Assembly: GCA_002269645.1 (NCBI GenBank)
Contig: NIVC01000636.1
Coordinates: 1 to 64,000 of the forward strand
Origin: Macrostomum lignano
Lineage: Eukaryota
Length of the DNA: 64,000 nt
Direction: 5' to 3'
Part shown: positions 50,461 through 63,228 of the stretch, piece after piece
Layout of the letters: each line of letters opens with the position of its first letter
Position numbering within the stretch: position 1 is the stretch's first letter
Notes under the pieces: model-generated
What the model was told of the DNA's origin: nothing
Database searches by the model: none
What the model saw: the letters and a program-made list of their open reading frames with translations, nothing else
Made by a program: the position numbers and the translations under genes

Positions 50461-51115
50461 GGCAGTCAAAAGTCGCAGACCTGTGAGTGCCGGCACCCTA
50501 ACCCTCATTTTCATCATGACAGTTTCCGCATATTTTCACCAAAGCCTGTCCAACTTGAGCTTGGCCAAACCTGAGAACACTGAGAAAACCAAATGACCAG
50601 CTTAGACATGAGTTGTTTTAATTGCAGAATATAAAAGCCATTTAGCAGTTTCAAATTGTCTCGTTCGTAGAGGTGGTGGCTGCTTTACGCTACTCATAGT
50701 AGACACCTGAGGATTCAGCGTTTGATTGAAAAAATTACTATCCAATTTAAATTTTTAAATAGCTTCAACTGCGGCACGAAACAGACAGCCCCGCAGGCGG
50801 AGTTCCCATGATTTTGTTTGACTGGAACCCGGAGAGGTTCAGATTCAAAACCGTCACGCCGTGAAGTGCAGGCATGAATTCTGCTAAGCCCCAGCAGTTG
50901 CAGCAGCTTGCCTGAGATTTTAATCTCTCTCTCTTGTCAGTTGAATGACAAACAAACTGGACAGCTCCTGCGCCCGAAGTTCTGCATGATAAGCCGCTGT
51001 CCGCGCTTGCGGCTGACGGATCGGCCTCAGGAATGTATAATGTAGTGATGTAAGAAAATTTGTGTAAAATACGCGCTGAAATGAATGTTATGAATGGCTT
51101 CTGAGCATTCTGAGG

Positions 51116-53012
51116 ATGCAGGTGACTGAGGGTTTGAGGTGGAGTGCAGGTGTGTGAGGGTTTTAGGTGGAGTGCAGGTGTGTGAGGATTTGAGGTGGAG
51201 TGCAGGTGTGTGAGGGTTTGAGGTGGAGTGCAGGTGTGTGAGGGTTTGAGGTGGAGTGCAGGTGTGTGAGGGTTTGAGATGGAGTTCAGGTGACTGAGGG
51301 TTTGAGGTGGATGCAGGTGTGTGAGGGTTTGAGGTGGAGTGCAGGTGTGTGAGGGTTTGAGATGGAGTTCAGGTGACTGAGGGTTTGAGGTGGATGCAGG
51401 TGTGTGAGGGTTTGAGGTGGAGTGCAGGTGTGTGAGGGTTTGAGGTGGATGCAGGTGTGTGAGGATTTGAGGTGGAGTTCAGGTGTGTGAGGGTTTGAGG
51501 TGGAGTGCAGGTGTGTGAGGGTTTTAGGTGGAGTGCAGGTGTGTGAGGATTTGAGGTGGAGTGCAGGTGTGTGAGGGTTTGAGGTGGATGCAGGTGTGTG
51601 AGGGTTTTAGGTGGAGTGCAGGTGTGTGAGGATTTGAGGTGGGGTGCAGGTGTGTGAGGGTTTGAGGTGGAGTGCAGGTGTGTGAGGGTTTGAGGTGGAT
51701 GCAGGTGTGTGAGGGTTTGAGGTGGATGCAGGTGTGTGAGGGTTTGAGGTGGATGCAGGTGTGTGAGGGTTTGAGGTGGATGCAGGTGTGTGAGGGCTTG
51801 AGGTGGAGTGCAGGTGTGTGAGGGTTTGAGGTGGATGCAGGTGTGTGAGGATTTGAGGTGGATGCAGGTGTGTGAGGGTTTGAGGTGGAGTGCAGGTGTG
51901 TGAGGGTTTGAGGTGGAGTGCAGGTGTGTGAGGGTTTTAGGTGGAGTGCAGGTGACTGAGGGTTTGAGGTGGATGCAGGTGTGTGAGGGCTTGAGGTGGA
52001 TGCAGGTGTGTGAGGGTTTGAGGTGGATGCAGGTGTGTGAGGGCTTGAGGTGGAGTGCAGGTGTGTGAGGGTTTGAGGTGGATGCAGGTGTGTGAGGGTT
52101 TGAGGTGGAGTGCAGGTGTGTGAGGGTTTGAGGTGGAGTGCAGGTGTGTGAGGGTTTTAGGTGGAGTGCAGGTGTGTGAGGATTTGAGGTGGAGTGCAGG
52201 TGTGTGAGGGTTTGAGGTGGATGCAGGTGTGTGAGGGTTTGAGGTGGATGCAGGTGTGTGAGGGTTTGAGGTGGATGCAGGTGACTGAGGGTTTGAGGTG
52301 GATGCAGGTGTGTGAGGGTTTGAGGTGGAAGCAGGTGTGTGAGGGTTTTAGGTGGAGTGCAGGTGTGTGAGGGTTTTAGGTGGAGTGCAGGTGTGTGAGG
52401 GTTTGAGGTGGATGCAGGTGTGTGAGGGTTTTAGGTGGAGTGCAGGTGTGTGAGGATTTGAGGTGGATGCAGGTGTGTGAGGGTTTGAGGTGGATGCAGG
52501 TGTGTGAGGGTTTGAGGTGGATGCAGGTGACTGAGGGTTTGAGGTGGATGCAGGTGTGTGAGGGTTTGAGGTGGATGCAGGTGTGTGAGGGTTTGAGGTG
52601 GAAGCAGGTGTGTGAGGGTTTGAGGTGGAGTGCAGGTGTGTGAGGATTTGAGGTGGAGTGCAGGTGTGTGAGGGTTTGAGGTGGATGCAGGTGTGTGAGG
52701 GTTTGAGGTGGATGCAGGTGACTGAGGGTTTGAGGTGGAAGCAGGTGTGTGAGGGTTTGAGGTGGATGCAGGTGACTGAGGGTTTGAGTTAGATGCAGGT
52801 GACTGAGGGTTTGAGGTGGATGCAGGTGACTGAGGGTTTGAGGTGGATGCAGGTGACTGAGGATTTGAGGTGGATGCAGGTGACTGAAGGTTTGAGATGG
52901 ATGCAGGTGACTGAAGGTTTGAGGTGGAGTTGAGGTGACTGAGGGTTTGAGGTGGATGCAGGTGACTGAAGGTTCGAGGTGGAGTTGAGGTGACTGAGGG
53001 TTTGAGGTGGAG
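51116..53012. repeat. 27/28-bp intergenic minisatellite, ~1.9 kb
   Basis: Unit GCAGGTGTGTGAGGGTTTGAGGTGGA(G)T. Confidence 0.96.
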
Positions 53013-53707
53013 AGCATGAATATGGAATCCCAGGCCTAAAAACCAGAACATTACAAATCCCAAAACCTAGATGACTTGATGACTCACAAGAGCTCAAAGC
53101 TGTACCGCTGTACCATGAGTCAGTTCCATAAGGCCCCGCACACCGTCACGCACTGCAGGGGGCCCCCGGCTGATAAATGAGTTCTCAAATTCTTCAGACT
53201 GTGGGTTGCCGAACTGAGGGACCTCGGCTGGTGGCTCTTATCAGCCAGACTCAGCGCGGTCAGGAAAGTGCTCAGAACTCGGCCCACAACCCTGGAGGTC
53301 AGCTGGACAGGTGCTGACTGGCAATGGAGCCGCCGCACTGATCAAGCGGCGCCTTGCTTTGAAGACGCCAAAGCTCCATAATTAAGAAACTCAGATTGTC
53401 TCAATTTCAAAGCTAGAGACCTACCGTACTCAATTGAGCAGGTCAAAACAAATGATATTTCGCACAGAGACTTCGCACTCTTCAGCAGGGCGCTTTATTT
53501 AGCATGCAATTCTTAGCGTTGTGATGAGTCAAAAGCAGGCAATTTGGTTTGATCGTTGAGGAGAGAAAAAACTGATGCGGCAGTCTGGTAATCTTAGCAG
53601 ATCAGTGAATTTGAGCATGCGGCTGTGACAGGAAAAACCTATTTTAAAATATGCTATAAATATAAGTCACATCGACTGATGCTCCGGTACAGTGAATTTC
53701 TGAGAAG

Positions 53708-54118
53708 GGACGAGCGGGAGATGAAGCTGGAGGCTGCGGGGTCAGAGCTGGGAGCACAGATGAAGCAGTGAATGAAGAGGAGCGGGTGATGAAGCTGGAG
53801 GCTGCAGGGTCGGAGCTGGGAGCACAGATGAAGCAGTGAATGAAGAGGAGCGGGAGATGAAGCTGGAGGCTGCGGGGTCAGAGCTGGGAGCACAGATGAA
53901 GCAGTGAATGAAGAGGAGCGGGTGATGAAGCTGGAGGCTGCAGGGTCGGAGCTGGGAGCACAGATGAAGCAGTAAATGAAGAGGAGCGGGAGATGAAGCT
54001 GGAGGCTGCGGGGTCAGAGCTGGGAGCACAGATGAAGCAGTAAATGAAGAGGAGCGGGAGATGAAGCTGGAGGCTGCGGGGTCAGAGCTGGGAGCACAGA
54101 TGAAGCAGTGAATGAAGA
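53708..54118. repeat. ~68-bp array downstream of the TRP stop codon
   Basis: ~6 copies of GAGCGGGAGATGAAGCTGGAGGCTGCGGGGTCAGAGCTGGGAGCACAGATGAAGCAGTGAATGAAGAG. Confidence 0.92.
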
Positions 54119-54191
54119 ACAGCGGGCGAATGCCAGGCAAGATGCATGAGGGCCTCAGTAGCGCGCCAGCAGAGGCGGGTGTCAAAGGGGG

Positions 54192-57100
54192 TCACGGGCC
54201 CTCCTCGCGGCCCTCCTCAATGTAGGGCATGGCCAGGACGGACGCCCGCTTGTTGCTGATGTTGCTGGGGCCTCGGAGGCTGATGGCCTTGAGCTCCTTG
54301 ACCAGCGACTCCAGCTGCTTGACCGTCTCTTCAATGCGGTCGAATCTCTCCATCCGCTCGTTGAGGGCGTTCACCTGCTGGAAGATGATCTTGTTGCCTT
54401 CGTCCAGGTCCTCCTCGTCCAGCACCACGCCGTTGAGGGACGAGCGGCGGTTGCGGAAGGCCAGCGCCTGCGGGGCGATCGAGTGGGTAAACAGGTGGGC
54501 ATCCTTGCAGGTATCCTAGGTATCCTTTACAGGCACAGAATGTGCACCTGTTCTGTCTGTACAGGCACAGAATGTGCACCTGTTCTGTCTGTACAGGCAC
54601 AGAATGTGCACCTGTTCTGATCGCAGACTTGGGGAATCACAGCCCAGCCCGGCTCACCTGGTAGTACAGGCTGAGCAGGTACACCTTGCAGTCGTGCGGG
54701 GTGTCCCCGGCTGACGCGGGGGCTGCGGAATTCGCCGCGGCCTCGGCGGCAACAACGGCAGCGGCGGGCTGCCCGCGCTGCTCCTCACCGGCGCCGGAGC
54801 GGCGGCACAGTCGGCGCCAGACGAAGGACGCCAGGTTGCGCAGCTCCGACAGGATGTTGAAGGGCGGCGGCAGCGCCGACCTGGTGTTGAACTCCTCGAT
54901 AAGGTCGAACTTCTCGAACTGCCACATGGCCTTGGACTCGCTGTCGATGGCGTCGATGGTCTTGCTAAACATGGCGACGATGACGTTGAGCAGCAGGATC
55001 TGCATCACCACGATGTACAGCACCATGTACACCGTGGGCACCAGCACCGCGCCAATGGGGTGCACGCAGTCGGGCTCATCACCATCGTTTATGTTCGGCC
55101 CGGTGATGTCGCTGATGTTGCAGGGCACGAAGTTGTCGAGCCCGTACTCGCCCACGATGGCGTAGAAGGTGTTGCGGAACATGCCGAGGATGATCTCGCT
55201 GGCGCTCTCGCGACCTTCGGTGCCGGTGCTCTGGATGGACTTGCCCTCGGGTATTGCAGCGCCTGCGCCGTGGCGGTGGGGCGGTGGGCTGGTGGCGGCT
55301 CTGAACTGGACTGCGGCTCATGGAGCAACAGCGGGTCTCCGGGCAACAAATAGAGATTCACGCACTCCACACCCATTAGCACCCATTAGCACCCATCAGA
55401 ACCCATTAGCACCCATTAGAGTCCATTAGCACCCATTAGCACCCATTAGCACCCATTAGAACCCATTGGAACCCATTAGAACCCATTAGAACCCATTAGA
55501 ACCCATTAGAACCCATTAGCACCCATTAGCACCCATTAGAACCCATTGGAACCCATTAGAACCCATTAGAACCCATCAGAACCCATTAGCACCCATTAGC
55601 ACCCATTAGCACCCATTAGCACCCATTAGAACCCATTGAAACCCATTAGAACCCATTAGAACCCATTAGAACCCATTAGAACCCATTAGAACCCATTAGA
55701 ACCCATTAGCACCCATTAGCACCCATTAGAACCCATTAGAACACATTCTGCACCCATTAGCACCCATTAGAACCTATTAGCACTCATTAGAACCCATTAG
55801 AACCCATTAGAACCCATTAGAACACATTCTGCACCCATTAGCACCCATTAGAACCCATTCTGCACCCGTTAGCACCCAATAAAATATTTGTTGTAATAGT
55901 TGTAAAATATAAATGTAAAATTAGTTCTAAAATATTGCTCGTAATAGTTGATATTCTCCTTTGCTATTTTCTCGACAAGCACGGCAACGAAGGGATTCCC
56001 CAAGGCACGCAGCTGGTCCCCAATGCCCGGTGCAGCACAGCTGGTCCCCAATGCCCAGTGCAGCACAGCTGGTCCCCAATGCCCGGTGCAGCACAGCTGG
56101 TCCCCAATGCCCGGTGCAGCACAGCTGGTCCCCAATGCCCAGTGCAGCACAGCTGGTCCCCAATGCCCGGTGCAGCACAGCTGGTCCCCAATGCCCGGTG
56201 CAGCACAGCTGGTCCCCAATGCCCGGTGCAGCACAGCTGGTCCCCAATGCCCGGTGCAGCACAGCTGGTCCCCAATGCCCGGTGCAGCACAGCTGGTCCC
56301 CAATGCCCAGTGCAGCACAGCTGGTCCCCAATGCCCGGTGCAGCACAGCTGGTCCCCAATGCCCGGTGCAGCACAGCTGGTCCCCAATGCCCGGTGCAGC
56401 ACAGCTGGTCCCCAATGCCCGGTGCAGCACAGCTGGTCCCCAATGCCCAGTGCAGCACAGCTGGTCCCCAATGCCCGGTGCAGCACAGCTGGTCCCCAAT
56501 GCCCGGTGCAGCACAGCTGGTCCCCAATGCCCGGTGCAGCACAGCTGGTCCCCAATGCCCGGTGCAGCACAGCTGGTCCCCAATGCCCAGTGCAGCACAG
56601 CTGGTCCCCAATTCCCAGTGCAGCACAGCTGGTCCCCAATGCCCGGTGCAGCACAGCTGGTCCCCAATGCCCGGTGCAGCACAGCTGGTCCCCAATGCCC
56701 GGTGCAGCACAGCTGGTCCCCAGCACAGCCTCTCACATGGAAGGTGACGCCGAAGCCGAACATGAGCACGAACAGAATGAACAGGAAGGGCAGGAAGTCC
56801 TTCTTCACCATGAGCGACATCATCTTGAGCTTCGGGCCGAGGCTCTCCAGCACCACCGATATGTAGAGCAGGCGCACCCAGTACACCAGGCAGGTGGTGG
56901 TGAGCAGCACCAGCGACCAGTAGCGCTGGAACGGGTTGTGCACTGTGCTGTTGTGGATCCGCAGGGCGAAGGCGGTGAAGCCGCAGGTGATGGCGGTGAT
57001 GTCGATGACGTTCCAGCCGTCCAAGAAGTAGTTCTTGATGGTCTCCTCCCTGGCGCTGGTGATCATCTCGTTGATCTCCTCGACCAGGAAGCCCAGCAGG

Positions 57101-60100
57101 GTCAGGTAGCAGATGATCTCCCCGACGGAGAAGGCGCGGCCCATCTGGAACATGACCACGAAGGACAGCAGCAGCACGAAGCTGATGTGCGCCGTCACGT
57201 GCATGCGGAACTTCACGCAGGGGATCTGGTAGAACCGCAGCAGCTCCGCCAGCGGGCTCAGCCGCGGCCTCGGCTGCTGCTCCTCCTCCGGCTGCTTTTG
57301 CTGCTTCCGGCCGCCCTGCAGCAGCGCCACGCCCTGCTCGCTGGAGCCTCCGGTGCGCTTCTCATGCGCCCGGCAGCGGCCGTCGGCGTTCCCGGATGAC
57401 TCGCTGATGCTGCTGGGCCGCAGGCGCACGTAGTCGGGCTCGTGAGCGCGGAAGCGGGGCATCAGGAACAGCAGCAGCGGGTACAGCAGCGGCACGAAGC
57501 CGCAGGCGATGGCCAGCTCGATCAGCGCTCCCTGGTGAGCGTCCTTGCGGGCGAAGAAGAAGTCCGTGTACCACATCCGGTTCAGCGCCTCCTGTGGACG
57601 GCGGGTTGGGGTGTCATATAGATTGGCTGAGTCTGCAGTCTGCACCCAGCTGAATCTGCAGGCTGCACCCAGCTGAATCTGCAGTCTGTACCCAGCTGAG
57701 TCTGCAGTCTGCACCCAGCTGAATCTGCAGTCTGCACCCAGCTGAATCTGCAGTCTGCACCCAGCTGAATCTGCAGTCTGCACCCAGCTGAATCTGCAGA
57801 CTGCACCCAGCTGAATCTGCAGACTGCACCCAGCTGAATCAGCAGTCTGCACCCAGCTGAATCTGCAGACTGCACCCAGCTGAATCTGCAGACTGCACCC
57901 AGCTGAATCTGCAGTCTGCACCTAGCTGAATCTGCAGGCTGCACCCAGCTGAGTCTGCAGTCTGCACCCAGCTGAATCTGCAGTCTGCACCCAGCTGAAT
58001 CTGCAGTCTGCACCCAGCTGAATCTGCAGGCTGCACCCAGCTGAGTCTGCAGTCTGCACCCAGCTGAATCTGCAGGCTGCACCCAGCTGAATCTGCAGGC
58101 TGCACCCAGCTGAATCTGCAGGCTGCACCCAGCTGAATCTGCAGTCTGCACCCAGCTGAATCTGCAGGCTGCACCCAGCTGAATCTGCAGTCTGCACCCA
58201 GCTGAATCTGCAGTCTGCACCCAGCTGAATCTGCAGTCTGCACCCAGCTGAATCTGCAGTCTGCACCCAGCTGAATCTGCAGTCTGCATCCAGCTGAATC
58301 TGCAGGCTGCACCCAGCTGAATCTGCAGACTGCACCCAGCTGAATCTGCAGGCTGCACCCAGCTGAAGCTGCAGTCTGCACCCAGCTGAATCTGCAGTCT
58401 GCACCCAGCTGAATCTGCAGTCTGCACCCAGCTGAATCTGCAGTCTGCACCCAGCTGAATCTGCAGTCTGCACCCAGCTGAATCTGCAGTCTGCACCCAG
58501 CTGAATCTGCAGTCTGCATCCAGCTGAATCTGCAGGCTGCACCCAGCTGAATCTGCAGACTGCACCCAGCTGAATCTGCAGGCTGCACCCAGCTGAATCT
58601 GCAGTCTGCACCCAGCTGAATCTGCAGACTGCACCCAGCTTAATCTGCAGGCTGCACCCAGCTGAATCTGCAGTCTGCATCCAGCTGAATCTGCAGTCTG
58701 CACCCAGCTGAATCTGCAGGCTGCACCCAGCTGAATCTGCAGTCTGCACCCAGCTGAATCTGCAGTCTGCACCCAGCTGAATCTGCAATCTACGAGTACA
58801 GTCTTCATCCAGCTGGACTCCCAGCCTCCTCACCTGCACGATGTCGATGATGACGAAGCTGCTGGATTCGCCCTTGGCCGCCAGCTCCAAGATGCTGTAG
58901 CCGCCGAAGGTGTCGAGCGGCAGCATGACCAGCTCCATGGTCAGGCAGTTGTTCGGTGTCACGTCGACATCCTTGATGCTGCGGAGGGCCTGCATGGCGA
59001 TGCCCTCGCAGGTGATGGCCATCTTGGTAGCCTTGTTGGCATAGACGTCCTCGATGTCGCGCCGGCGGCCGAGGCTGCGCAGGATTTTGGCCAGCAGCAG
59101 TGCCTGCGGAATGGTGTCGAAGTCCTCCTGGCGCAGGAAGTAGGGCGCCAGGCGCAGACGGCCGGTCAGCACGCACCAGACCGCCAGGGACTCCACCGGG
59201 TCGCGCATGGCCTTCAGGTGCGGCGGCTCCTGTCGGCCAGGCGTGGTGGCCGGGGTCTCCTCCGCCTCCGAGTCGTCCGCGCCGACCCACTGCAGCTGCC
59301 AGAACTGTGTGAGCTGCGCTACCAGGCGGTGCAGCTTCAGGCTGCTGACCCGGCCTTCATCATTGAGGCAGTTGCGGCACACCAGGCCCTTGATGCCGTC
59401 CTTGCGGCGCTCGCCCAGGCTTTGGTTGTACACCTGGTGGGAGCGGATGAGCAGTAGATTCAGAACTGCTCTTTCATGAAACACTCGTATCGCTCTTCAT
59501 CTTGCTCTGATGCTTTGCATTTACAGACCCTGCCAGTGTCTGTGTGTCAGTGCTGTGTCAGTGTCTGCCAGTGTCTGTGTCAGTGCTGTGTCAGTGTCTG
59601 CCAGTGTCTGTGTGTCAGTGCTGTGTCAGTGTCTGCCAGTGTCTGTGTGTCGGTGCTGTGTCAGTGTCTGCCAGTGTCTGCCAGTGTCTGTGTGTCAGTG
59701 CTGTGTCAGTGTCTGCTAGTGTCTGCCAGTGTCTGTGTGTCAGTGCTGTGTCAGTGTCTGCCAGTGTCTGTGTGTCAGTGCTGTGTCAGTGTCTGCCAGT
59801 GTCTGTGTGTCGGTGCTGTGTCAGTGTCTGCCAGTGTCTGCCAGTGTCTGTGTGTCAGTGCTGTGTCAGTGTCTGCTAGTGTCTGCCAGTGTCTGTGTGT
59901 CAGTGCTGTGTCAGTGTCTGCCAGTGTCTGCCAGTGTCTGTGTGTCAGTGCTGTGTCAGTGTCTGCCAGTGTCTGTGTGTCGGTGCTGTGTCAGTGTCTG
60001 CCAGTGTCTGCCAGTGTCTGTGTGTCAGTGCTGTGTCAGTGCTGTGTCAGTGTCTGCTAGTGTCTGCCAGTGTCTGTGTGTCAGTGCTGTGTCAGTGTCT

Positions 60101-63100
60101 GCCAGTGTCTGCCAGTGTCTGTGTGTCAGTGCTGTGTCAGTGTCTGCCAGTGTCTGTGTGTCAGTGCTGTGTCAGTGTCTGCCAGTGTCTGCCAGTGTCT
60201 GTGGGCCAGTGTCTGCCAGTGTCTGTGTGTCAGTGCTGTGTCAATGTCTGCCAGTGTCTGCCAGTGTCTGTGTGTCAGTGCTGTGTCAGTGTCTGCCAGT
60301 GTCTGCCAGTGTCTGCCAGTGTCTGTGTGTCAGTGCTGTGTCAGTGTCTGCCAGTGTCTGCCAGTGTCTGTGTGTCAGTGCTGTGTCAGTGTCTGCCAGT
60401 GTCTGCCAGTGTTTGTGGGCCAGTGTCTGCCAGTGTCTGTCAGTGTCTGCCAGTGTCTGCCAGTGTCTGCCAGTGTCTTCCAGTGTCTGCCAGTTTCTGT
60501 TCCAGTTTCTGTGCCAGTCTCTGCGCCAGTGTCTGCCAGTGTCTGTCAGTGTCTGCCAGTGTCTGCCAGTGTCTGCCAGTGTCTTCCAGTGTCTGCCAGT
60601 TTCTGTTCCAGTTTCTGTGCCAGTCTCTGCGCCAGTGTCTGCCAGTGTCTGCCAGTGTCTGCAGTGTCTGCCAGTTTCTGTGCCAGTCTCTGCGAGTGTC
60701 TGCCAGTATCTGCGAGTGTCTGCCAGTGTCTGTGCCAGAAGCTCATTTTCCCAGCACCTCAGCACTCACGTGAACAATCCTGTTCTCAAGGTGCACCACA
60801 ACAGCGGACCACAGCATCCCGAGCTTCATCACCTCCTGCAGCAGCGCCTCATTCTGGGGCACGAAGATGTGCTTGAGAAAGTTGTCGGCGATCTTCCCTA
60901 CCATGCCGCCGCTGATGATCTCGTCCGCCAGGCCGCTCATGCAGGCCTTCAGCACAATCTCAACGAACTCGTTGATGTCGAACTTCTCGCTGAAGCGGAT
61001 GTGCGTGAGCAGCGTGTTGTTGGTGTTGTTGTCCAGCAGGTTCGTCTCCTCGTTGCACTCGTTGTGGCCGAAGTTGTGCTGGAACTCGTTGTCCACCGTG
61101 CGCAGCAGCCGGAGGAATTGCTGGCCCTGCCGCATCGCCAGCAGCTCCTTGATGCAGCTGCCACCGCTGCTGAGCACGGGGCTCACCATCCACTGGCCCA
61201 TACCCTCCAGGATCGCCGTGTCCTGTGGGATGGCCCAGTTTTGATGCAAAACCTGCAATTCCCCACCTGCAGTTCCCCTCTTGCAGTTCCCCTCCTGCAG
61301 TTCCCCTCCTGCAGTTCCCCTCCTGCAGTTCCCCACCTGCAGTTCCCCTCCTGCAGTTCCCCACCTGCAGTTCCCCTCTTGCAGTTCCCCTCCTGCAGTT
61401 CCCCTCCTGCAGTTCCCCTCCTGCAGTTCCCCTCCTGCAGTTCCCCACCTGCAGTTCCCCTCTTGCAGTTCCCCTCCTGCAGTTCCCCTCCTGCAGTTCC
61501 CCTCCTGCAGTTCCCCACCTGCAGTTCCCCACTTGCAGTTCCCCACTTGCAGTTCCCCACCTGCAGTTCCCCACCTGCAGTTCCCCTCCAGCAGTTCCCC
61601 ACCTGCAGTTCCCCTCCTGCAGTTCCCCACCTGCACTTCCCCACCTACAGTTCCCCACCTGCAGTTCCCCACCTGCAATTCCCCACCTGCAGTTCCCCCT
61701 GCAGTTCTTCTCCTGCAGTTCCCCACCTGCAGTTCCCCTCCTTCAGTTCTTCTCCTGCAGTTCCCCACCTGCAGTTCCCCACCTGCAATTCCCCTCCTGC
61801 ACTTCCTCACCTGCAGCTCCCCACCTGCAGTTCCCCACTTGCAGTTCCCCACTTGCAGTTCCCCACCTGCAGTTCCCCACCTGCAGTTCCCCTCCTGCAG
61901 TTTTTCTCCCGCAATTCCCCTCCTGCAGTTCCCCTCCTGCAGTTCCCCACCTGCAGTTCCCCACCTGCAGTTCCCCAAGCAGGCCCAGCCCAGTGCGGCC
62001 TCACCTGCTTCGCCAGCACGATGTCAATGGGTGTTCGCTCCTGAATGTCGTAGAGGTCCAGCCGGGGGCCGGAGCGCAGCACGGTCAGGAACAGCTTGGA
62101 GTTGCCCAGGTTGGCGGCAATGTGCAGCGGCGTGAAGCCCCTGGCGCCGTGCCGATTGCACAGGTGCGGGTTGTGCGACAGCAGCAGCTGGGCGGCGCGC
62201 ACGTTCTCCTCCAGGCAGGCCCGGTGGATGGGCAGGTCGCCGTGCTGGTCGAAGGTGCCGCAGCTGGCGCCGTGGTCCAGCAGCAGGTGCAGAAACCGGT
62301 CATCTTTGCGGATCCTCACGGCTGCGTGCACGGTGGACTCGACCTTGTTGGCGCCGCCGTTGGCATTGGCGCCCTCCTCCAGCAGCAGCTGCAGCGCTTC
62401 CAGCGATTTTCGCGCCAACGCCAGGTCCAGTGCTGTCTCGCCATTCTTCGTCTGCGCTTCCAGCTCAGCCTGAAGGGTTCCAGGCGGAGACGGGAGTTCC
62501 AACTTTAACATCTGCTCAGTCACTAAGATGGCAGCAGCAGCACCTGACAAATCAGTCACTGGTCTATCACTGCTCAGTCACTGCTCAGTCACTGCTCAGT
62601 CACTGCTCAGTCACTGCTCAGTCACTGCTCAGTCACTGGTCAGTCACTGCTCAGTCACTGCTCAGTCACTGCTCAGTCACTGGTCAATCATTTCTCAGTC
62701 ACTGGTCAGTCATTGCTCAGTCACTGGTCAGTCACTGCTCAGTCACTGCTCAGTCACTGGTCAATCATTTCTCAGTCACTGGTCAGTCATTGCTCAGTCA
62801 CTGGTCAGTCACTGCTCAGTCACTGCTCAGTCACTGCTCAGTCACTGCTCAGTCACTGGTCAATCATTTCTCAGTCACTGGTCAGTCATTGCTCAGTCAC
62901 TGGTCAGTCATTGCTCAGTCACTGGTCAGTCACTGCTCAGTCACTGGTCAATCACTGCTCGGTCACCGCTCAGTCACTGCTCAGTCACTGGCCAGTCACT
63001 GCTCAGTCACTGCTCAGTCACTGGTCAATCACTAGACACAAGAACTGAGGGTCTCACGTGGCTGCTGATGAGGACGCTCAGCACATCGCAGCGGTTGTCG

Positions 63101-63228
63101 GCTGCCGCCTTGTGCAGGAGTCGCCAGCCCAGGCTGCTGTCCAGCTCCGAGTTCGGCGACACGCTGCCCGCTGCCAGCAGCTCGCGCAGCAGGGACGGAG
63201 ATTCGTAGGCGCGGGACAGGCTGCCCAT
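54192..63228 (-). CDS. TRP cation channel with N-terminal ankyrin repeats and a TRPM-like channel core
   Basis: Exons 63058-63228 (the exon may extend to 63253 with upstream exons), 62005-62469, 60770-61222, 58834-59433, 56737-57591, 54658-55230/55262 and 54192-54503. Ankyrin repeats ([26 protein letters not shown]). TRPM-like [73 protein letters not shown], and a C-terminal coiled coil. Confidence 0.88.
55370..63030. repeat. TRP intronic arrays: 10-bp (55370-55880), 28-bp (55990-56726), 23-bp (57625-58790), GTGTCTGCCA-type (59530-60740), 14-bp (61250-61980) and 11-bp (62515-63030)
   Basis: Units ACCCATTAG(A/C); GCAGCACAGCTGGTCCCCAATGCCCGGT; CTGCAGTCTGCACCCAGCTGAAT; CAGTGTCTGC; CTGCAGTTCCCC(A/T)C; CTCAGTCACTG. 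Confidence 0.94.

Noticed and set aside
11-63208. Dozens of long low-complexity ORFs, e.g. 11..775, 4409..5404, 7938..8873, 18367..19461, 29672..31498 and 59729..62044
   Set aside because: They are translations of tandem arrays lacking stops, open in several frames at once, and lie inside introns or intergenic DNA of recognisable genes.
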